Source: Myxococcales bacterium (GTDB lineage: Bacteria > Myxococcota > Myxococcia > Myxococcales > Anaeromyxobacteraceae). Taken from it: a DNA stretch of 12,907 bases. The notes beneath the pieces were generated by a model that was given only the letters and a program-made list of their open reading frames with translations, was not told where the DNA came from and did no database searches. Position numbers and translations under genes: made by a program. Positions 8,405-12,907 of the stretch are shown one piece after another (within the stretch, counting starts at the first letter, position 1; every line of letters starts with the position of its first letter). The stretch spans positions 1 to 12,907 of the forward strand of contig JBBQEB010000113.1 in assembly GCA_038320275.1 (NCBI GenBank), in the 5' to 3' direction.

Positions 8405-8594
8405 CGGTGGGTTGTGGTAGGAGAGGCCCGCCCAAGTCAACCTCGGGAGGCGCGCTCGTCGCAGCGCGGCAGGGGCCGGTTTGGTGGCATGTGCGCCGAG
8501 GTGGGTGTATGTGGTCCTCTGCTTCGTAGAGACCCCAAGAGCTCCAAGACTGACGGCGCAGGCCCCCCGCGCGCCCGAGAGGACTGCACTCCGC

Positions 8595-9395
8595 ATGATG
8601 CGACGTCCCGGCCACCCGCGCGCCCGAGCCCGCAGCGCCATCCAGGCGCGAGCCTCGCTCTTGCGGGCGGCTGCTCCGGTGCCGAGCCCGTCCGAGATCA
8701 TGGGGCTCGTCCTCGATCGACGGTTCGCGGTCGAGTACCAGCCGGTGGTCGATCTGCAGACCGGGGAGACCATCGGGCACGAGGCGCTGGCCCGCTTCTT
8801 CGACGCGCGCGGTCGGCCCGTGCCTCCCGCCGGCGTGTTCGCGCGCCTGCACGAGGATCCCCCCTCACTGCTGCAGGTGGAGCTCGAGACGAAGCGCCTC
8901 CACGTCGAGCACGCGCCGGCGGGTGCGCTCTACGTGAACATCGATCCCGACAGCTACCACGAGGATCGCGCGACCGGCGGCACAACCCTCCTCGACGCGC
9001 TCGCCGCCAGCGGCTCGCCGGTGGTGGTCGAGGCCATCGAGGCGCGCACGTCGGTGGGCGCCCGCCGGGGCCGCGCGCTCCTGCGAGCGGTGCGCGCGCG
9101 AGGGCTCGGCGTCGCGCTCGACGACGTCGGCGCGCCCGACACGCTCCTCTCGCTGGAAGCGCTGATCGACCTCGACGTGCTGAAGCTCGACCGGTCCTGG
9201 CTCGACCGCGCCGGGAACCCGCGCGAGCGAGCGGTGCTGGAGGCCCTCGCCTCCCTGGCGCGCCGGCTCGACACCCGCACCGTGCTCGAGGGCATCGAGA
9301 CCGCCTCCCACCTCGCCCTCGCCCGCGCCGTCGGCGTGGACGCGGTGCAGGGCTTCCTCTTCCGCGACCGGTTCCTGTCCTCCGCCGCGGCGTGA
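8595..9395 (+). CDS. Stand-alone EAL-domain protein (putative c-di-GMP phosphodiesterase)
   Basis: Motifs [48 protein letters not shown] and AVQGFLF. Start uncertain (ATG 8595, 8598 or 8700). Confidence 0.9.
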   Translation: MMRRPGHPRARARSAIQARASLLRAAAPVPSPSEIMGLVLDRRFAVEYQPVVDLQTGETIGHEALARFFDARGRPVPPAGVFARLHEDPPSLLQVELETKRLHVEHAPAGALYVNIDPDSYHEDRATGGTTLLDALAASGSPVVVEAIEARTSVGARRGRALLRAVRARGLGVALDDVGAPDTLLSLEALIDLDVLKLDRSWLDRAGNPRERAVLEALASLARRLDTRTVLEGIETASHLALARAVGVDAVQGFLFRDRFLSSAAA

Positions 9396-9412
9396 GGGTG
9401 CGAGACGACGCC

Positions 9413-9632
9413 ATGGACGCGATCAAGGTATCCACGACGCCGAGGGGCACACCCTGACCATCTGGCTCGACGACCCGCTGAAGAAGGGGTCTGCGAGGAA
9501 ACGGCAGACGAAGTCGCCTTCATGAAAGACGCCGCCGGCCAGGTGATCGGTTTCGAGGTCCCTGATTACCGGCCGGCAACACAAAACGCGCGCGTCTCCG
9601 TGGAAACCATCGTCCACGCCGCAGGGCTCTGA
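9413..9632 (+). pseudogene. Frameshifted DUF2283-like small protein (putative antitoxin remnant)
   Basis: Adding one base near 9430 and one near 9484 gives 73 aa: MDAIKVIHDAEGHTLTIWLDDPLKEGVCEETADEVAFMKDAAGQVIGFEVPDYRPATQNARVSVETIVHAAGL*. This has the DUF2283-like pattern D-x-E-x-x-x-L-x-I...D-x-x-G-x-V-I-G-F-E. As sequenced, the frame stops at 9457. Confidence 0.7.
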
Positions 9633-9636
9633 CGTC

Positions 9637-10242
9637 TCAGTAGAACGCCAGTCCCGCCTGCAGCCCCACCCACTGTGGATTTTCCACCCGCCAGCGCTTG
9701 TCGCCCACCACGTCGAGCGAGGCGGTGGTGAACGCGTAGCGCGCGGCGAGGTGCAGCGCGACGCCGGGCCGCACTGTGTAGAGGAGCCCGAGCTGCGGGT
9801 CGACGGTGAATCCCAGACCGCCGCTGGTGCGGGCCGAGACCACCGCCACCTCCCGCCAGACGCCGCCCACTCCGAGGCCCAGGTACGGCTGCAGCCGGGA
9901 GGTGGAGAGGTACAGATGCCCGGTGAGCCGCGCCGCGTAGTCCTGGAACTCGGCCGCGCCGCCGTTCGGGAAGGCGTGCCGGAAGCGGTTCCACCCGATG
10001 TCCACACCCGCCGAGACCCGTGGCAGCACCCCGCGGCGGAAGGTCAGCGCCGCGCCCTGCGGCGAGTTCTCCTCCACCAGCTTGGACCGCAGGTCCCAGG
10101 TCGGGAGCGCGTACTCCCAGGCGACGCCGACCAGCGTGGTGTGCCGCCCGGCGTGCTCGCCGTAGAGGTAGCCATCCGCCGCCTGCGCGCTGGCGGCGAG
10201 GAGTGCGCCGGCGACGGCCGCAAGGGTGAGGAGCCTGTTCAT
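9637..10242 (-). CDS. Outer-membrane beta-barrel protein (OmpW/OMP_b-brl-like, 201 aa)
   Basis: Sec signal MNRLLTLAAVAGALLAASAQA, alternating beta-strands, LQPYLGLGVG motif and aromatic C-terminus QAGLAFY. Confidence 0.85.
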   Translation of the reverse strand: MNRLLTLAAVAGALLAASAQAADGYLYGEHAGRHTTLVGVAWEYALPTWDLRSKLVEENSPQGAALTFRRGVLPRVSAGVDIGWNRFRHAFPNGGAAEFQDYAARLTGHLYLSTSRLQPYLGLGVGGVWREVAVVSARTSGGLGFTVDPQLGLLYTVRPGVALHLAARYAFTTASLDVVGDKRWRVENPQWVGLQAGLAFY

Positions 10243-10255
10243 GGGGGCCACCGTA

Positions 10256-10293
10256 CAACCGGCCCGGAACGCGTGCTAGCTTCGTCCCCGTGC
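10256..10293 (+). repeat. 38-bp direct repeat, copy 1
   Basis: CAACCGGCCCGGAACGCGTGCTAGCTTCGTCCCCGTGC. 36/38 identical to 10991-11028, with a 25-bp perfect core. Confidence 0.95.
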
Positions 10294-10329
10294 ACCGCCG
10301 GCCCCTCTCGCGCCTGGGCAGCGTAGGGT

Positions 10330-10335
10330 TAGAAT
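10330..10335 (+). promoter_or_regulatory. Putative -10 element (TAGAAT) of a leaderless TA transcript
   Basis: TAGAAT lies 7 nt before ATG 10343 and there is no SD. No clear -35. Confidence 0.5.
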
Positions 10336-10342
10336 GAAAGTC

Positions 10343-10633
10343 ATGCGGCGCGAGCGAGCCCTTCGCATCATCGGCGAGCACAGGGCAGAGTTGCGCGCGC
10401 TCGGGGTGACGTCCCTCTCCATCTTTGGATCCGTCGCGCGGGACGAGGCTGGGGCGGCCAGCGACATCGACCTCCTGGTCGAGTTCGACAGGCCGATCGG
10501 CTACTTCCATCTGTTCGACGTTCACGACCGGCTCGAGGCGATCCTCGACTGCAAGGTGGATCTCGTGACACGCGGCGGCCTCCGCGCCGAGCTCCGCCAG
10601 GGAATCCTCGCCGAGGCGGTACGTGCCGCCTAG
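10343..10633 (+). CDS. mntA: MNT-family nucleotidyltransferase antitoxin
   Basis: FGSVARDEAGAASDIDLLVEF matches GSx10DxD, plus KVDLVT. About 96 aa and overlaps the downstream HEPN gene by 11 nt. Alternative start ATG 10334. Confidence 0.93.
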   Translation: MRRERALRIIGEHRAELRALGVTSLSIFGSVARDEAGAASDIDLLVEFDRPIGYFHLFDVHDRLEAILDCKVDLVTRGGLRAELRQGILAEAVRAA

Positions 10634-10970
10634 GAATTGGCGCACGCGCGTCGCGGACATTCTGGACGCGGTCGCGCGCATTTCCCGCTACACAGGTGGT
10701 CTCTCCGAGGAAGACTTCGTCCGGGACGACAAGACGATCGAGGCGCTCTGCTTCGCCCTGGTCGTCATCGGGGAGGCCGCCGCCCACGTGCCCGAATCGG
10801 TACAGGCCAGCGCACCCGACGTTCCCTGGCGAAAGATGAAGGGGATGCGAAACATCGCGACCCACGAGTATTTCGGGCTCGACGTGCTCACATTGTGGCA
10901 GACGGCAGTCCGGGACATCCCGACGCTGGTTGTGCCGCTGAGGGAGCTTCTCTCTCGACCTGCCGGCTGA
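10623..10970 (+). CDS. hepT: HEPN/DUF86 ribonuclease toxin (type VII TA)
   Basis: VVIGEAA and PDVPWRKMKGMRNIATHEYFGLD, containing the Rx4HxY RNase motif with the Tyr that MntA enzymes AMPylate. 115 aa. Confidence 0.93.
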   Translation: MPPRNWRTRVADILDAVARISRYTGGLSEEDFVRDDKTIEALCFALVVIGEAAAHVPESVQASAPDVPWRKMKGMRNIATHEYFGLDVLTLWQTAVRDIPTLVVPLRELLSRPAG

Positions 10971-10990
10971 CCCGTCGCAGCCCCGCCATT

Positions 10991-11028
10991 CAACCGCCCC
11001 GGAACGCGTGCTAGCTTCGTCCGCGTGC
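10991..11028 (+). repeat. 38-bp direct repeat, copy 2 (contains extended -10 TGcTAGCTT)
   Basis: CAACCGCCCCGGAACGCGTGCTAGCTTCGTCCGCGTGC. TAGCTT (11012-11017) lies 7 nt before in-frame GTG 11025. Confidence 0.95.
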
Positions 11029-12907
11029 TCCCCACGCGCGCGTCTTCGAGCGGGCCCGCCCGCTCCGCCGGTCAGCCTTCGCCGGAACTCCGCCGCTCCA
11101 CGCCGGGGCTCGGACCCCTGCCGCGCGCGGCCTCCCGGAGGACGCCGCCCCTGCCGCACTTCGGGTTGCGGGCGCTCTCCGCGCTCGCAGCGGCGAGCCT
11201 GACCCTCACTGCCGGCTGCGGCTCCGCAAGCTCGCCGGGCTCGGCCACCCCGGGCCGCCCTTCCCCCGCCGCCGCCGGTTCGCCGGTCGCCGCGCCCCTC
11301 ACGAAATCGGTGGGCCCGGAGGGCGGCACGCTCACCACCCCGGACCGTCGCCTCACCGTGAACGTCCCGCCGGGCACGGTGGCCGCGCCGACGACGTTCT
11401 CGGTCCAGGAGGTCACCTCCACTGCCCCCAGGAGCCTGGGGAGCGCCTACCGGCTGGAGCCGTCGGGCACCTTCGCGCGGCCGGTGGCCATCTCCTTCGA
11501 CGTGAGCTGGCAAGGGGCCGCGCAGGAGACGCTGGCGGTGGCCTTCCAGGACGCGAGCGGCTACTGGACGACCCTCCCCGCCACCCTGCGCAACCGGAGG
11601 GCGAAGCTCCTCACCGTCGCCAGCACGCACTTCAGCACCTGGTCGCTCGTCACCACCACCCCCGCCTCCGACATGGCGGGCTCCTTCACCGTCACCTCCA
11701 CCCTCGACGTTCCCCTCACCGCGGTGGGCGCCGCGAGCCTGGGCTACGCCGGCGAGGACGCGAGCGAGCGCTACTACCTCCTCTCCGGCGCGACCACGCT
11801 CCAGGCGCCGGTGAGCTACGCCGGCAACGCCTGCACCGCCGCCGCGCCGGCGTACGTCTTCCCCACCAACCTGGTGGAGGTGTTCAAGAACGCGCCGGTG
11901 AAGCTCGAGTGGGGCACCAGCGCGCGCTGGGACCTCGCCTGCGGCGCCGGGCCGGCCACGGGGGCACAGTTCGCCTTCGACAACTTCGGGCTCAACTACG
12001 TCGGCTGCAGCCGCGGCCCCACCCTCGGCGCCCTCCCCGCGGTGGTGACGAACGACGAGCTCAAGGGCGACTACACCATCGACTGCTCCGCCAGGTCGGG
12101 CGGCCAGCTCCGGGCGGCCTGGGACTTCCTGCGCTGCGGAGGCTCCTGCATCTCCACCAACTCCTGCGCCACCGCAGCCCAGGTCGTCTGCGGCGCCGGC
12201 GGCCCGGTCTGCAACGTGCTCGCGACCGCACCCGTCGGAGGCGCCTGCACGCCCGCGGGCGGCGGGACCGGCGTGTGCAGCGCGGCCGGAACGTGCGGTG
12301 CCTGCACCCAGGGCGCGACCTGCACCTCCGCGAATCCCTGCGCCGCCGCCGCCACCGTGGAGTGCTCCTCCGGCGCTCCGGTCTGCACCGACCGCACCTA
12401 CCTGCTGGCCGGGAGCGCCTGCACCGCGGGCGCGGTCCCTGGCGTGTGCAGCGCCGGTCCGGCCAGCTCCTGCTCGGCCTGCTCCCAGGGCGCGAGCTGC
12501 ACCTCGCTCAACCCGTGCGCCGCCACCGCTGCCGTGGAGTGCTCCTCCGGGGCGCCGGTCTGCGTCGACACGACCTACAATGCCGCCGGCACGGCCTGCA
12601 CGGCGGGGACGGTGGCGGGCGTCTGCAGCCCCGGCGCCACGCCCGTGTGCGGCTCGTGCGCCGCGGGCACGCCCTGCGCCACCACCGACCCTTGCGCCGA
12701 GACCGCCGCCATCGACTGCTCCAGCGGCGCGCCGGTCTGCACGGTGCAGACCTGGAAGGCGGCGGGCGCGGCCTGCACCTCTGGTGCGACGACGGGCGTC
12801 TGCAGCGGCGGGACCACCGCGAACACCTGCAGCGTCTGCTCTCCCGGCGCGGCCTGCACCTCCACCAACCCGTGCGCTGCCACCGCCACGGTGGAGTGCA
12901 CCTCCGG
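11025..12907 (+). CDS. Large Cys-rich lipoprotein with ZU5-like domain, 3' end outside window
   Basis: No stop from GTG 11025 to the window end. Alternative starts are CTG 11151 (GGAGGA 8 nt upstream) or TTG 11166. Lipobox LAAASLTLTAG|C (Cys 11217). ZU5-like region VGPEGGTLTTPDRRLTVNVPPG...YRLEPSGTFARPVAISF...W...STHFSTW, then a beta-rich domain and 8-Cys repeats from 12135. Confidence 0.9.
   Translation, partial: MLPTRASSSGPARSAGQPSPELRRSTPGLGPLPRAASRRTPPLPHFGLRALSALAAASLTLTAGCGSASSPGSATPGRPSPAAAGSPVAAPLTKSVGPEGGTLTTPDRRLTVNVPPGTVAAPTTFSVQEVTSTAPRSLGSAYRLEPSGTFARPVAISFDVSWQGAAQETLAVAFQDASGYWTTLPATLRNRRAKLLTVASTHFSTWSLVTTTPASDMAGSFTVTSTLDVPLTAVGAASLGYAGEDASERYYLLSGATTLQAPVSYAGNACTAAAPAYVFPTNLVEVFKNAPVKLEWGTSARWDLACGAGPATGAQFAFDNFGLNYVGCSRGPTLGALPAVVTNDELKGDYTIDCSARSGGQLRAAWDFLRCGGSCISTNSCATAAQVVCGAGGPVCNVLATAPVGGACTPAGGGTGVCSAAGTCGACTQGATCTSANPCAAAATVECSSGAPVCTDRTYLLAGSACTAGAVPGVCSAGPASSCSACSQGASCTSLNPCAATAAVECSSGAPVCVDTTYNAAGTACTAGTVAGVCSPGATPVCGSCAAGTPCATTDPCAETAAIDCSSGAPVCTVQTWKAAGAACTSGATTGVCSGGTTANTCSVCSPGAACTSTNPCAATATVECTS
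12135..12907 (+). repeat. Intragenic tandem repeat of about 177 bp encoding 8-Cys modules
   Basis: Units start at 12135, 12303, 12480, 12657 and 12837 (partial) and are 56, 59, 59 and 60 aa long. Consensus C-x5-C-x5-C-x7-C-x6-C-x11-C-x8-C-x7-C-x2, with a CSSGAPVC core in units 2-4. Confidence 0.95.

Noticed and set aside
8405..8594. Riboswitch, ilv attenuator or sigma54 promoter between ilvD and the EAL gene
   Set aside because: Only a small hairpin (GGTCCTCTGC-TTC-GTAGAGACC, about 8513-8534), a TGGCAT without a -12 TTGC, and a lone TTGACT toward ilvD without a good -10. No c-di-GMP aptamer motifs and no Ile/Val/Leu-rich leader peptide.
6572..9457. 961-aa + strand ORF and similar long ORFs (121..1014, 777..2270, 3502..5799, 6474..8852, 2084..3541, 9566..10681, 10368..11630)
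   Set aside because: Shadow frames of real genes caused by high GC and few stop codons. Translations are Arg/Gly/Ala/Pro-rich with no motifs.
9402..9638. GAGACGAC / GACGTCTC inverted ends around the pseudogene
   Set aside because: A 7/8 match is too short to tell from chance, and no target duplication is evident.
10290..10337. 15-codon uORF from GTG 10290 in repeat copy 1, ending in an ATGA overlap with ATG 10334
   Set aside because: Possible translational coupling, but it is explained as a by-product of the duplication, and TAGAAT-N7-ATG 10343 is the simpler model.
10256..11028. 38-bp repeats as a CRISPR array
   Set aside because: Only two copies, separated by 697 bp of coding DNA, and no cas genes.
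12135..12907. CxxC junctions as multiheme cytochrome c motifs
   Set aside because: No CxxC is followed by His (CGACT, CSACS, CGSCA, CSVCS).

Overview
Very GC-rich bacterial DNA. The gene content, Cys-rich surface proteins and (CCTCGA)n repeats suggest Anaeromyxobacter/Myxococcota (inference). Left to right: partial heme A synthase (ctaA), orphan PAS histidine kinase, membrane-anchored TPR protein, small hypothetical, lipoprotein, a three-gene minus-strand operon (lipoprotein A, lipoprotein B, TonB-dependent receptor), ilvD, stand-alone EAL protein, doubly frameshifted DUF2283-like pseudogene, outer-membrane beta-barrel, MNT-HEPN toxin-antitoxin pair, and a large partial lipoprotein. ctaA and the large lipoprotein are missing from the ORF track because their stops lie outside the window. 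Three highlights: (1) the TonB receptor operon has two mutually paralogous uncharacterised lipoproteins and a GTGCTAC-N13-GTGCTAC operator resembling deltaproteobacterial NikR sites, so it is a candidate lipoprotein-assisted nickel uptake system; (2) the TA pair is bracketed by 38-bp direct repeats that duplicate a divergent promoter; (3) the last gene is a lipoprotein with a ZU5/GAIN-like domain carrying an HF|S autoproteolysis motif, followed by 8-Cys tandem repeats.
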